64,000 nucleotides of DNA from a virus (Duplodnaviria > Caudoviricetes). Positions 8,763 through 20,000 of this stretch are shown piece by piece. Under the pieces are notes generated by a model. It was given only the letters and a program-made list of their open reading frames with translations, made no database searches and had not been told where the DNA came from. The translations under genes were made by a program, and so were the position numbers. The DNA lies in IMG/VR virus record IMGVR_UViG_3300005739_000025, one strand, 5' to 3'. Every line of letters begins with the position of its first letter. Positions within the stretch are counted from its first letter, which is position 1.

Positions 8763-9329
8763 TTAGGTAATTCTCATTTTAATAAAGTCAGTCCATAAGT
8801 CAATAGATTCTTCGCGTAAAGCTATAGAAATACTTTCAACATCTTTAAATGTGTTATCTATCTTGGAATATACACAGACGCCACCTGCGTCTACCTCAGC
8901 AATAACTTGGTGTATAACTGTACCTATGGTTTTGTGTTGAAGATCAAAAGCCTTTTGCTGAGGGTCCTTACCCTTTAGCTCAGGGTATGTTATAATATCA
9001 CCTGGATGTCCGTTGTAGATGTTAAATTTACTACAAATTTCTGGGGGTACAATTCTCATCCAACCGTGTAGTGTAATAATATGGTTATCTGGTGGCTGCA
9101 GAAAGAGATCGTACTCTTCTGCTCTAGGTATCTTTGTTACAAAAGTAATATCGTAGTTTTGAGATTGTAGAAAATTCCAAAACCTTTCATCGATACCATC
9201 TTTAATAGGCTTTCTATTACATATAATCTGTGTGGGCAATAATTTAAGCTTTTTTATAATACAATAAAGCTCGTACCCAGTTCTACTAAACATCGCTGTC
9301 CAGCAGATGTTTTTTGGTTTAGTATACAT
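8763..9329 (-). CDS. PurN-like formyltransferase (DpdN-like candidate)
   Basis: MFSRTG, LHGWMRIV, YNGHPG, GTVIHQVIAEVDAG formyltransferase motifs. Confidence 0.8.
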   Translation of the reverse strand: MYTKPKNICWTAMFSRTGYELYCIIKKLKLLPTQIICNRKPIKDGIDERFWNFLQSQNYDITFVTKIPRAEEYDLFLQPPDNHIITLHGWMRIVPPEICSKFNIYNGHPGDIITYPELKGKDPQQKAFDLQHKTIGTVIHQVIAEVDAGGVCVYSKIDNTFKDVESISIALREESIDLWTDFIKMRIT

Positions 9330-10128
9330 ACAGTCTAAATTTAGCTATATTACGTCCTATGATCTGTAATTGGTCATCGTCTAATTTAGCATTAATTAGA
9401 TCAGCTAATTTTATTGATACCTTTTCCCAGTCTCCTATTTTTTCTTCATACTGTACTTTATGTATACCGTGAACTATAGGTGAGGAGGTGTCGAGAGACT
9501 CAATAAAATTAAAATCTTCATGTTTATAAAAAGAAAACTCTAATGGGTTGCTACAACCCAATAAATGGTGTGGTTTGTTTTTATTAATAACACCCATCTT
9601 TAGTAATTCTGAAATTAGCCAAACTCTACCATTCATAAATGACACCCACTTGTTGGGGTGCCAAGCTACATTTTTGTAATATGAATAATCAAAAGAAATA
9701 GCAATTTTATCCACATTTAACTGCTCATCTAAAAATCTATAACAATCGACTATCTCTTTATAGGTCTTACCTTGAACAACTCCTATTTTTTTTCCTGGTA
9801 AGTCTGGATACTTATCTACAAAATTTTTAGAATTTATTTTAGTAGCTTCACTATCTTCTAAGACATCAGGTAATATATATTCATACGGTTTTAACTCTTT
9901 AACCCAATAGGCATATTTTTCTAAATTAAACGCTTCCCCTAGCTCAAAAATAGATGTATCTAACAGTATTCTTCTTCCTTGACTAGAAGAATATTGAAAA
10001 AATTCTTTATATTGTGGTTCTTGTTCCAATAAATGCACCAAACAATAATCATAGTCGTTATATGATAATGATTTGTCAAGTAATTGAATAGGAGATTCAT
10101 GCGAAATTAAGGGTATTTTGCGACTCAT
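9319..10128 (-). CDS. dpdA: TGT-fold transglycosylase (DpdA-like 7-deazaguanine enzyme)
   Basis: LLDTSIFE, ILPDVL, IGVVQG, HHLLGC, SLDTSS motifs; in an operon with queF. Confidence 0.65.
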   Translation of the reverse strand: MSRKIPLISHESPIQLLDKSLSYNDYDYCLVHLLEQEPQYKEFFQYSSSQGRRILLDTSIFELGEAFNLEKYAYWVKELKPYEYILPDVLEDSEATKINSKNFVDKYPDLPGKKIGVVQGKTYKEIVDCYRFLDEQLNVDKIAISFDYSYYKNVAWHPNKWVSFMNGRVWLISELLKMGVINKNKPHHLLGCSNPLEFSFYKHEDFNFIESLDTSSPIVHGIHKVQYEEKIGDWEKVSIKLADLINAKLDDDQLQIIGRNIAKFRLYVY

Positions 10129-10175
10129 ACAAATATGTTAGTGTATAAACAAAGATTTACAAGTAAATATTTTAT

Positions 10176-11258
10176 ATGAATTTAAAAGCAGCTGATATCA
10201 CATCAGGAGCAAGCGAGCTATTAGAAAATTTGCAAGAGGGTATTTCCCTTTCTGATGTATTATCTATTGCTCAAATGCCTAAGCTAGATCAATTTTCAGA
10301 AATAGCATCAACTCTTTTACCTCAAAATTTAGTAAAAATAGACAGTAACGGTGCATTTCAATTATTGGATCAACTATCATTACAAGATACCATAAAAAAT
10401 GGTTTAAATAGTATTCAAGGATTAATAGAATCAGAAATAAAAGGGGTTATAGATCAAGTAACTTCTACTATTGGACAAGCGTCTGATGTAGTAAATAGTG
10501 TTTCTGATACTCTTACATCGCTAGGTAAGGGTGACTTGCAGGATTCTGTTGATTTTTTTGATGATGCGCTTGGAGGAGTTTCTAACTTATTGGGTTATAT
10601 GGGTGATACAGGAACATTATCAAAATACAGTAAAACAGTATCGGATGTAACAAATTCTATAAAGGATTTTTCACCAAAGCAAATAAGAGATTTAGCGACA
10701 GATCCTGATTATAGAGAAAGTATAATAGCTTCTACATTAGAGACAGCGACAAATGCGTTAGAGGGGGAAGTTTTGGATACAGTAAGAAAATTTATACAAC
10801 CTCCAACAAGTGTTGAAGCTATAAATTCCCTTGCAACTACTGCCAATAGTTTATTAGGAAATAAAAATTCGGCTAAAAATCCTAATGAACCTTATTTTAT
10901 TGATGTAGTGGCTACAACTTATTATGGTAAAGGTCCAGGAGCAGATTTAGATGCATATAATAAAAAATCAGCTACTGGTAGACAGCTTATGTCTGGTAAA
11001 AGTTGTGCTGTAGATAATGTAAAGATTTTATATGGTAGTAAAGTTGAAGTGCCAGGAATAGGTTCATTTGATGCAGTTGATAGAATTAAGACTGGAGGGG
11101 CAACATTACAGTTATATTACGAATCTGTAACTGAGGCAGCCGAAGTTCAATCTAAATTAATGGGTCCTGTAGTAGTTAAAGTTACCCCACCTAAAAATAG
11201 TCTACCAGCAACACAAACATTAACACAAAGAAAAGGAGATAGTGCTAAATTAATTTAA
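10176..11258 (+). CDS. Protein with C-terminal 3D (MltA-like) cell-wall domain, probably baseplate-associated
   Basis: ATTYYG...SATG....GKSCAVD...YGSKVEVPGIG...AVD pattern; adjacent to the gp5-like gene. Confidence 0.65.
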   Translation: MNLKAADITSGASELLENLQEGISLSDVLSIAQMPKLDQFSEIASTLLPQNLVKIDSNGAFQLLDQLSLQDTIKNGLNSIQGLIESEIKGVIDQVTSTIGQASDVVNSVSDTLTSLGKGDLQDSVDFFDDALGGVSNLLGYMGDTGTLSKYSKTVSDVTNSIKDFSPKQIRDLATDPDYRESIIASTLETATNALEGEVLDTVRKFIQPPTSVEAINSLATTANSLLGNKNSAKNPNEPYFIDVVATTYYGKGPGADLDAYNKKSATGRQLMSGKSCAVDNVKILYGSKVEVPGIGSFDAVDRIKTGGATLQLYYESVTEAAEVQSKLMGPVVVKVTPPKNSLPATQTLTQRKGDSAKLI

Positions 11259-11259
11259 T

Positions 11260-13695
11260 ATGTTTACAGGTCAATACAATACAATTTATAAAGGTATAGT
11301 AATTCAAAACGACGATCCGCTTCAAAGTGGTAGAGTAAAAGTTTTTGTTCCATTTATTCATACAGGTCTATTACCCTTACCAGAACAGAAGTATGATGAA
11401 AATGTTAATTTTGGTTTATTCGGTAAAAACGTTAACAAACAAAATAAAAATCAGATTGACTTAACTGAATATATAGAAATATTAAAATCAAAATTGCCTT
11501 GGTGTCAGGTAATAATGCCAATTACAGGGCAAACCGGTAATTCTAAATATAATAACGCTACAGGTCTAACATCTCCCTCAGATAGTGACAGCTCAAATTA
11601 TACGTTAGCTTTATCGGATACAGAATTAGGTGGTGGACCTGCCGAGATTAACGAAGGACTTACTAGTATATGGGGTAGTGGAGCAGCTGCAGGTGGTATT
11701 ATGGCTAGTTCTAACCCAGGGGGTTTTAATACAGATGCTGGTTATAATAAGGCCGCGGGCAATTTTACCGTACCCACAGTTAATACTCAAGTTTGGGTAA
11801 CCTTTATGAATGGAGATGCCCAATTTCCGGTTGTAATTGGACATGCACCTGCTACTTTAGATTTTCAACAAAATCTAACCCCCTCTGGATATCCCGGCTC
11901 TTATGAAAATAGAGGAGATGTAAAATCTAAATCTAATTCAGATGAAATTATTTTTAGGCATCAGCAGGTATCAAATTCTGGTGCATGTAAGACTATAGTT
12001 AATAATAATACAAATAATAGATTTGAATCAAAGGTGCATGTATCTGGCTCGTCAGAAACTACTACTAATGATGGTTCGAAAAACAGCTTTATAACAGGGG
12101 ATAAGAGCAATATAACTCAAGGTAATGTATTTGAAGATCATAAAACATCTTTTAATTCCCACGTCGATGGTCCAAGAACTGTTATAGCTCGTGGTGGCAG
12201 TAGAAGGGTGGTTGGATCAAACAATGTAGCTGCTGCACAAGGTGAGAAAATGGAGCTTTCAAAAATATCAAAAATGAAAGCTCTATTTGAAAATAAAAGA
12301 GCAGAACCCGATACATTGTTTTCTTCTACAGAACAGTCATATGTTGATGCGCCAACTGAATGTCCTGCGTGTAGTAAAAATAAAACACAACCAACCTATA
12401 AGGGTGAAAGTGGGTTGGAGCAAATTAAAAAACTTATTCCTGTAGATTTAAACGTGCTTAAGAGCTTAATACCTTTTGAAATACCGGCGTTTAACTTAAA
12501 AAATCTATCAGTTGAAAACGTTCAATACCCTCAAGTTAATGAGTGTGTGGTTTGTAAGGCTCCTAACAAAGGTAAATCTCCTAGCTCTCAGGATGGAAAT
12601 TTTCCAAAAGACGATAGAAAAGAAAAGATAGGTCCAATGTATGTGGAAGCAGCTCCTAAGCTTGCAAGTTATGGTCAAGCGCTAGGTGAAGATGGTGATG
12701 ATATTACAGAGGTTACTGGTAATATGGTTATTAATGTTGGGCTTGCATTTAATGACTTAGATCCAATTAGAGTTGACAAAAAAGGCAAACTTACAAATGC
12801 AGGTGTGTCAATAGATAAAGTGGGTGCTTATCAAAAACAAGTAGAATCACCATTAATTGAACCTGTTCATGTTGATGATTTATCAGGAGGAACTTTAACT
12901 ATTGCTGCAAACAATAAGCTTGTGTTTATTGTTGGAGCTGGTGGTATAAAATTTCAGACAGCTGGAATGACGGAGATAGGCGGAGCATTAGCAAATTTTT
13001 CCGGTGAACAAGTAAATATATCATCGTCAAATGAGGTAAATGTGAACGGTGGAGGCAGATTAAACCTTGAAGGTAAAATTTTAAGTTTAAAATCAGGTTC
13101 AGGTCAAGTCGGTATTGATGATAACTTAGCTATTGGCAAAAATTTTGTTTGTCAAGGGGGTGGTATGTTTAATGGACCATTACACGTTAATGTAATTTCA
13201 GCTCCTATTTCTTATCAAGAAACTGAAGAGTTACAAGAAAGCTATGGCACCACGGACTACAAAGTTGCAAAGATTATAGGGTATCTATTAAAAAATATAA
13301 CATGGAAAGCTAAAATAGGTTCGCAAGGTCAGCCTATCGTTCAGCCTAGTACAGGAATACCAATAGATGGCGCGACGTTTACTATTACTCCCGATGAAGA
13401 TGTAAACATTAAAAGTATAGGTACAACTGGTGCATTACCAGAAAAATCAAACGTAAGAATACACCCTCATTCTCACATTTTTAGAAATGTGCCTTTAAAT
13501 TTAACAGGTAATGCTGAAGATAATTTTAATTTAGCAAAAAGTACATTATTAGGAGATTCTCCTGCACCGCCAATGGAAATTAAAAACGGTAAAATGGGAC
13601 CTGACCCTGATAAAAATGTAAACAAAAAATCTAACTTTGATAAAAACTTCGATAGACAAGAAACAGGCCAAAATATGTACGTAGACTTTACATAA
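11260..13695 (+). CDS. gp5: Baseplate hub/spike protein, gp5/VgrG-like
   Basis: N-terminal OB fold IVIQNDDPLQSGRVKV...VPTVNTQVWVTFMNGD..FPVVIG; beta-helix-like repeats; C-terminal HPHSH. Confidence 0.75.
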   Translation: MFTGQYNTIYKGIVIQNDDPLQSGRVKVFVPFIHTGLLPLPEQKYDENVNFGLFGKNVNKQNKNQIDLTEYIEILKSKLPWCQVIMPITGQTGNSKYNNATGLTSPSDSDSSNYTLALSDTELGGGPAEINEGLTSIWGSGAAAGGIMASSNPGGFNTDAGYNKAAGNFTVPTVNTQVWVTFMNGDAQFPVVIGHAPATLDFQQNLTPSGYPGSYENRGDVKSKSNSDEIIFRHQQVSNSGACKTIVNNNTNNRFESKVHVSGSSETTTNDGSKNSFITGDKSNITQGNVFEDHKTSFNSHVDGPRTVIARGGSRRVVGSNNVAAAQGEKMELSKISKMKALFENKRAEPDTLFSSTEQSYVDAPTECPACSKNKTQPTYKGESGLEQIKKLIPVDLNVLKSLIPFEIPAFNLKNLSVENVQYPQVNECVVCKAPNKGKSPSSQDGNFPKDDRKEKIGPMYVEAAPKLASYGQALGEDGDDITEVTGNMVINVGLAFNDLDPIRVDKKGKLTNAGVSIDKVGAYQKQVESPLIEPVHVDDLSGGTLTIAANNKLVFIVGAGGIKFQTAGMTEIGGALANFSGEQVNISSSNEVNVNGGGRLNLEGKILSLKSGSGQVGIDDNLAIGKNFVCQGGGMFNGPLHVNVISAPISYQETEELQESYGTTDYKVAKIIGYLLKNITWKAKIGSQGQPIVQPSTGIPIDGATFTITPDEDVNIKSIGTTGALPEKSNVRIHPHSHIFRNVPLNLTGNAEDNFNLAKSTLLGDSPAPPMEIKNGKMGPDPDKNVNKKSNFDKNFDRQETGQNMYVDFT

Positions 13696-13701
13696 AAATA
13701 T

Positions 13702-13765
13702 AGCAATTATCTATCAAACAGTAGCTTATAAAGCTCCCACCATCCCACCCCTGTTTGATATTGCT
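13702..13765. other. Intergenic branched stem-loop with a C-rich (minus strand G-rich) bulge
   Basis: AGCAAT/ATTGCT, TATCAAACAG/CTGTTTGATA, inner AGCT/AGCT, and CCCACCATCCCACCC. Confidence 0.55.
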
Positions 13766-13830
13766 CCGTACAAATTTTATTTATATAAAAATAGAGTATT
13801 TTTTTCAAAATCAACAAACTAAATATTATT

Positions 13831-14316
13831 ATGCCCGTGTTAATTGAAGAATTATACACGAAAGAAGAACAAGAGAGTATCAAAAAACTCTACAGTGGTG
13901 ATGAGTCTGTTCACGAGTTATTAAAAAAGGCATTTGGACAAAAAATTTTAGCAGAAAAAGAAAAAGTTCTTATTACTAACGCATTAGATGTTTTGTGTTT
14001 TATGTGCTTAAACTCGCCTTTTGCCGATGATGAGAATGAGTGCTATACCGTTGCTGTTTTTGTATACAAAAATATGAAAACTTTTAATCTTTTACCGTTA
14101 GTAACAGAAGAGCATGGAATTAATTTAGCTTCTAAAATATTAGTTTCTTTATCTTTCTTTAAAGATAGATTAATAAGAAGAATGAACAGGTATGGTTATC
14201 CTGGTCCAGAGTATTATAGAAAAGTTGGTAAGCTTATACTTAAGCAACATGAACATAAAAATATTGCAGCTCACCATGAAAAGTGGGAAGCATTTTTAGG
14301 CGAAATTTTTATTTAA
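13831..14316 (+). CDS. Hypothetical protein (161 aa)
   Basis: ORF track; typical codon use. Confidence 0.7.
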   Translation: MPVLIEELYTKEEQESIKKLYSGDESVHELLKKAFGQKILAEKEKVLITNALDVLCFMCLNSPFADDENECYTVAVFVYKNMKTFNLLPLVTEEHGINLASKILVSLSFFKDRLIRRMNRYGYPGPEYYRKVGKLILKQHEHKNIAAHHEKWEAFLGEIFI

Positions 14317-16294
14317 TTGGACATGCCCCACTAACACATTCTAAGTTCTCTATAGTACCTTCTTCTACCACTATGTTGTTAAGGGTTTTTACTTTAGAGC
14401 TTATTTTTTCATACTGTTCTTTTGTTATCTCTTCGTAAGGTGCTTGAGCAAATCCATGTTCATTATGTAGTAAAAAACTAACTGATTTAATAGAAGTTTC
14501 AAAGTTACCGTTTAACCACTTTTGAATATCTTTTAGTTCTTCTTGTCTATAGTAAACTGTAACTGATACTGCGTTATCTGACCAGATAGATTGTATCTTT
14601 TTTACCAATTCTAATTGCTGTACTGCGGTCATGTTTTTGGCTACAACACTGTCTTCGCCTGCACAGCAAGGAAACGACACAACAAAAGTATCGTGATTTT
14701 CTGTACCATCAAAGTTTTTAGCATATTCAACCCCATAACCTAAATCTCTACAAGTATTAACTAAGCTGTCAGAAGAAGCCATTCTAACTCTTCTAATATA
14801 GAATGGTGCATACGCTGGGTGCACGCCCGGTGTTGACCCCGCTAACAAAGATAATGTACCAGATGGTTTAATAGTTGTTAATTTAATACTTTCAGGGTAT
14901 CCCTTTGTTTTTGACCATTCTTTATCAAATTTACGTAAAGCCTCGTAAGTTTTTTCTAACCATTCTAGCTTTTGTTCTGAACACTGACATATACCGGTAA
15001 CACCAAGACCTAGTCTCATATTTTTATGAACTATTTTATTAGTTTCATCATGAATAAAGGGCATAGCTGCAATAGCTTTTTGTGTTTTATATAAAAGCGT
15101 GGCACAGGTTTTTAATTCTTCCTCAGAGTTTATATTATTAAGATATAATTCAGATAAATTACAACACTCATAAGATGTTAGAGATATCTCAGCGCAAGGA
15201 TTAGTTCCTAGTGCGTTGTCTTCATCTGTGGGATATAATTTAGATTTTTTCATTGGACCGTCTTTTAATCTACCAAATTTTTGTGATAGTGGTAGATTAA
15301 AGAACCCGTATGGTTCTCCTTTAGCAAATCCCGTTTCTTTATCAATTATATATCCATTAGACCAAATCTCATCCGATATATGGGTAAAATCGTCTGCATA
15401 GATAGTATTGTTGGACATTGCTCTCCAGTTTGGTATATTACCTAAAGACCAATTTTTAGCACGTAGATAAAGATAGTCGTCAGGATCCCCCAAAGCAATT
15501 TGAGCTGATCTACGAACATTACCCGCTACCACAATTGAGCCAATAATATTACAAATATCTAATACATCTATTGAACGTAATTTTTTACCTTCTCTGTGTT
15601 GAAAGATTTTTGTTATCTTTTGTATACCTTCAATTAATATACCAGGTCCAGAAGCAGTGCCACCAAAACCTGAAATAGATTCACCAGCACCTCTTACTAA
15701 TATTGTTGAATACGAAAAAGATTTGCCTGTAATATAATAGGCTTCTAAAACTTTTCTTAATAACTCAACCCAGCCCGATCTTGAATCTGGGACTATAAAA
15801 TCTGCATCCTTTGTATTTTGATGTGTAACTACTACCTCTTTTTTAATTTTTGGTAACTCGTGAATATCTTCTCTACGAATTGAGAAACCAACACCACCAC
15901 CGAGCATTAAATTCTCAAAAATAAAAAGAAAAGCTTTAGGATCATTTATTGACACGAACCAGCAATTTAGTAAACTATTAGCACCGAACTTTTTTACTGT
16001 TTCGGTACCTAACTGCCACAACATTCTTCCAGCAAAATTACACTTAAGGTTAAAAATTAAATCATATAACTTTTGAGCTTCTTCTGGAGTATAGTCAGCT
16101 CCTATTTCTTGTGCACCATTAATACATCGAGCTACTGTTTGCCACCACTCTTCTGTTTGATTCGTTCCTTCTATTTTTCTGGCATATGTTCTTTTATAAA
16201 CTACGTAGCCTAATCCATTAAACCCCCATGGTGGAATTATAGTTTTGTATTTCGAAAGGAAAGACTCAGGTAAAAGATTAGATTCGTAACTCAT
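14309..16294 (-). CDS. nrdJ: Class II (B12-dependent) monomeric ribonucleotide reductase
   Basis: KRTYAR, AGRMLW, LLNCWF, GGGVG, GNVRRSA, NPCAEI, CCNL, TTIKPSGTLS, C-terminal C..GACPIK. Confidence 0.9.
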   Translation of the reverse strand: MSYESNLLPESFLSKYKTIIPPWGFNGLGYVVYKRTYARKIEGTNQTEEWWQTVARCINGAQEIGADYTPEEAQKLYDLIFNLKCNFAGRMLWQLGTETVKKFGANSLLNCWFVSINDPKAFLFIFENLMLGGGVGFSIRREDIHELPKIKKEVVVTHQNTKDADFIVPDSRSGWVELLRKVLEAYYITGKSFSYSTILVRGAGESISGFGGTASGPGILIEGIQKITKIFQHREGKKLRSIDVLDICNIIGSIVVAGNVRRSAQIALGDPDDYLYLRAKNWSLGNIPNWRAMSNNTIYADDFTHISDEIWSNGYIIDKETGFAKGEPYGFFNLPLSQKFGRLKDGPMKKSKLYPTDEDNALGTNPCAEISLTSYECCNLSELYLNNINSEEELKTCATLLYKTQKAIAAMPFIHDETNKIVHKNMRLGLGVTGICQCSEQKLEWLEKTYEALRKFDKEWSKTKGYPESIKLTTIKPSGTLSLLAGSTPGVHPAYAPFYIRRVRMASSDSLVNTCRDLGYGVEYAKNFDGTENHDTFVVSFPCCAGEDSVVAKNMTAVQQLELVKKIQSIWSDNAVSVTVYYRQEELKDIQKWLNGNFETSIKSVSFLLHNEHGFAQAPYEEITKEQYEKISSKVKTLNNIVVEEGTIENLECVSGACPIK

Positions 16295-16305
16295 GACAGT
16301 TCTAT

Positions 16306-16815
16306 TTAGTCCTGAACTATTAAAAACAAATTTAACGATGTAAATGCTTGAAATTTAGGTATTTCGGGATTAAAACAAATAAAATTTTCGTAATCAAATT
16401 CTGGTATTATTTTTTTAATATGGTGATTATCAATAGGGTATATAGGAGGGTTTAAATTATAATAACAATTATTACAAGTTAAATTATTTTCATTTAATAA
16501 TAGATTATATCCAATTAAATCGAATTGTTTTTGATGTCTTATCTTTCTTACTAGATCTCCGAAAGTGTCGGTTATCTCTTTTACTATACCAAACAAATTT
16601 AAATCAATATTATTCAATCTATATCTACCAGGAGCATAATTTTCCTGTATACATAGTCTTTTTTCGTCATATAAGTTTTTAATTTTAGTTCCTATAAAAA
16701 TACACTCTTTGGGAATCTCTGAGTATGTTTGTATGGGCTGCTTTTCAACTAATTCATTACTTAACATCTTGACTCTATTATATATCTTATAGAGAAAATT
16801 CAACATGCTATACAC
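16306..16815 (-). CDS. Hypothetical protein
   Basis: ORF track. Confidence 0.65.
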   Translation of the reverse strand: MYSMLNFLYKIYNRVKMLSNELVEKQPIQTYSEIPKECIFIGTKIKNLYDEKRLCIQENYAPGRYRLNNIDLNLFGIVKEITDTFGDLVRKIRHQKQFDLIGYNLLLNENNLTCNNCYYNLNPPIYPIDNHHIKKIIPEFDYENFICFNPEIPKFQAFTSLNLFLIVQD

Positions 16816-17044
16816 TAAAAGTTGTAATAGTTGTAAAATTAGGTAGTTTCATTATTCTACCTCTTAATCCTGTTGGAGTCTTAAACACTGTAACACATCT
16901 ATCACCGGTAACAATAGGTCCAGAGGAAACGGTACCGTCATAGGATAAAGTACCCACCGTGGAACCTGTACTTGTATTAATACAAGAAAGTCTATGTTTA
17001 CCAACAACTACACTATAAATTGGTTTTACTTTATCATCAGCCAT
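16808..17044 (-). CDS. Hypothetical protein (78 aa)
   Basis: ORF track; AT-rich leader. Confidence 0.65.
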   Translation of the reverse strand: MADDKVKPIYSVVVGKHRLSCINTSTGSTVGTLSYDGTVSSGPIVTGDRCVTVFKTPTGLRGRIMKLPNFTTITTFSV

Positions 17045-17098
17045 ATCTATATTTATATGTAAATATCAGTACTATTTTATAAATAATTTGTATATTAT

Positions 17099-20000
17099 AT
17101 GGGTGATTATACTAGAATCATACTTAGACAGGGTCCTGATAAAGACAGAAAAAGAGTAATTCTTAAATCCGGTGAACCTGCGTTTGTAACTGATTATCAA
17201 AGAATTGTGGTGGGTGATGGTGTAACCCAGGGTGGTGTGACTATAGGCTCTAAGTTTTTGGGGTTTGTGGAATTTGATAGTGTATCAAATGAAGTTTTTA
17301 ATGCCACGCCAGGCTATCCAGGGGATATTGTCTTTGAAACTACCTCTAATTTAATGTATATTCTTTCGGGAGGGGAAGTTTCATTAGGTAAAGAGGCATA
17401 TCAAATAAAAACTAACTATGTTGAAATTAATAAAACTCCGTCTCCTGATAATATTAATTTATATAATAATAATGGAGTTTTAAGTTTAATTCAAGATAGT
17501 ATAGATGCAAGATATCTTGCAACTTTTGCAATAGGTAAGGGGTTAACTAAAAACCCGCTAAACAATTCCATCTTAGAAATGAAAGATCCTTCTCCGGAAC
17601 TTTCCTTTGATGGGGGAACCTTACAATTAACAGACGGAGGGGTAGAGAATATAAAACTAGCTCCAATGAGACCCAACACGGTTAAGGCTAGAGTAAATTT
17701 AAGTGGTCCGCCAGAAGATATTACTTTTGATGAATTAAAGTTTGCTTTAGGTTTAATTGCAGAGGGTGGTGGCCTTACGTTCGGTGTTCCTGTTGGCACC
17801 ATTATTGATTTTGCTGGTCCGGATGGCAAAGCTCCTCCAAACTATTTACCATGCGATGGTAGAGAATTACCTGTTAATGATTATTTTGAATTATTTGATG
17901 CAATAGGAAATACCTGGGGTGCGCCTACATTAACTTCTTTTAGTTTACCTAACCTAAATAAGAGAACAACTATAGGTAAGGGTAGTTTGTCTGGTACGGG
18001 AGCTTCTGATTTTGTAAATGAGAGATTAGGTAGTTATGGTGGTTCATTAGCAAACCAGCTTACCGTTAAACAGCTCCCACCACATATTCATGGCCTGCAG
18101 ATAAACATACCTGCTCATAAACATGAATTCACTGTTACTATTCCTAGATTTTCTGGAGTATATGAAGCAGGTAGTTTAGTTACAAATGGGTACAACAATT
18201 ATATTATAATAATTGGAGGTAATGGTCCTGATGCCGCGCCTCCGACAACTCCAAGAGGTCCTACAGATAGCTTAACCACTATAAGAAGTCAGGCTGCAAG
18301 TATTATAAAATCTCAAAAAAGTTATATTCAACAAAGAACTGTTGATTATGTTTATGATAATTTTCCTATAGCATTATCTGCTTCCTCAACTACAGCTGCA
18401 GTAAATTTATCTTCAAAATGTTTTAGAGATACAGGTTATATAGTGGATTCAATAGCAGCAGATCTATTGAATAACGCAAATCATAGAGCTGTAGAAACAG
18501 GAAATCTCTATTTTAGCGGTTATATTAATAGCTTTCAACAAAATACAACAGTACCCGCTCTTCCAGGCAATCAAGTACTTCCTACTATTGCTGCTATAGA
18601 AAATATAGGATCAATTATAGCAGGTACAGACATTGTTTACACACTTGGTGGTAATTATACCAACAATGGTGTGCTATCATCGTTAACATTTTTAAACCCT
18701 ATTCAAACAGTAGCAATTGGAGGTTTAAGAAACTTCACCAATGTTATATCTAACAGCGCATTTGTTCCAGTAACTACTCCTAACGGTGTAGTGCCTTTTG
18801 ACACAAATAATACATACTTTAATGCTGGCAGTGCTATACTTCAAAACAAACAAAATATCCAACAAAGAATAGTTGAATTTGTAAAATATAATTTTCCTTA
18901 TGCATTATCAGCTGAAAATGCAATACAGGCTAATGCTCTATCGGCGAGATGTTATAGAGATACCGGTTATATTGTTGATTCAATTGTAGCTGATATAAGA
19001 AACAACGCTAATCATAGATCAGTAGAAACAGGTCAATTTTATTTTAGTGGCGCAATTTTACTAAGAAATCAAATAGTTGGATCAACTGTCCCCACATTAC
19101 CATTTGAACAGGTAAACGCTACAATACAGGCTATTTCTGCAGTAGGTAAATTGATAAATGGGTATTTAATGCCTACAGAACAAAATTATACAACTTTGGG
19201 AGTTTTATCGTCAGATATATATTTTACTGCATCTCAAAATATAATGTTAAGTAGCTTTAATAATTTTACTAGAGTTATTTCAAACAGTGCTGATATACCT
19301 GTAACAACACCCTTAGGTACTAGATTACAGCCTGTCTCTTCTTATGATTTAGCAGTAGCAACATTAGCGCCAAGAAGAGAAGAAATACAAAACCAAATAG
19401 TTCAATACACATTATTTAAATATCCATACGCATTGTCTTCATCTGCATTATTTGGAATTAGTGCAGCAGATATTTCTATTACTAATGCAGGGTCTGGATA
19501 TACAACACCTCCGACTGTATTAATACAGGGTGGAGGTGTTAATGTAACTAGAGTTGCAAAATTTGTAGCTGATATAAACACAACAAACTTTACGGTAACA
19601 GCAATAAGAGTGTTAGACGCTGGTGTTGGCTATACTGACTCAGGCTCTATTACCGCAATATTAATTCCATCTCAATTTGATAATATTATTGTACCTGCAG
19701 GTTTTACTATAAATTCCTTATCAGAGGTGGTAGCAGCAAATGCTATGGGATTAACTGCAAAATGTTTTAGAGATACTGGATTTATTTTTGATGCTATTCT
19801 TGCTGATATTAATAATGCATCTAATCATAGATCAGTAGAAACCGGTCAATTTTATTTTAGTGGCGCAGTTTTATCTAGGAATGTAAATGTGGGAAGCACG
19901 GTTCCAACTCTTCCTCTGGAAGAGGTAGAAGCAACCATCCAAGCAATATCAGCTATAGGTAGATATATTACAGGCGATAACTTTCCACAACCGATTATTG

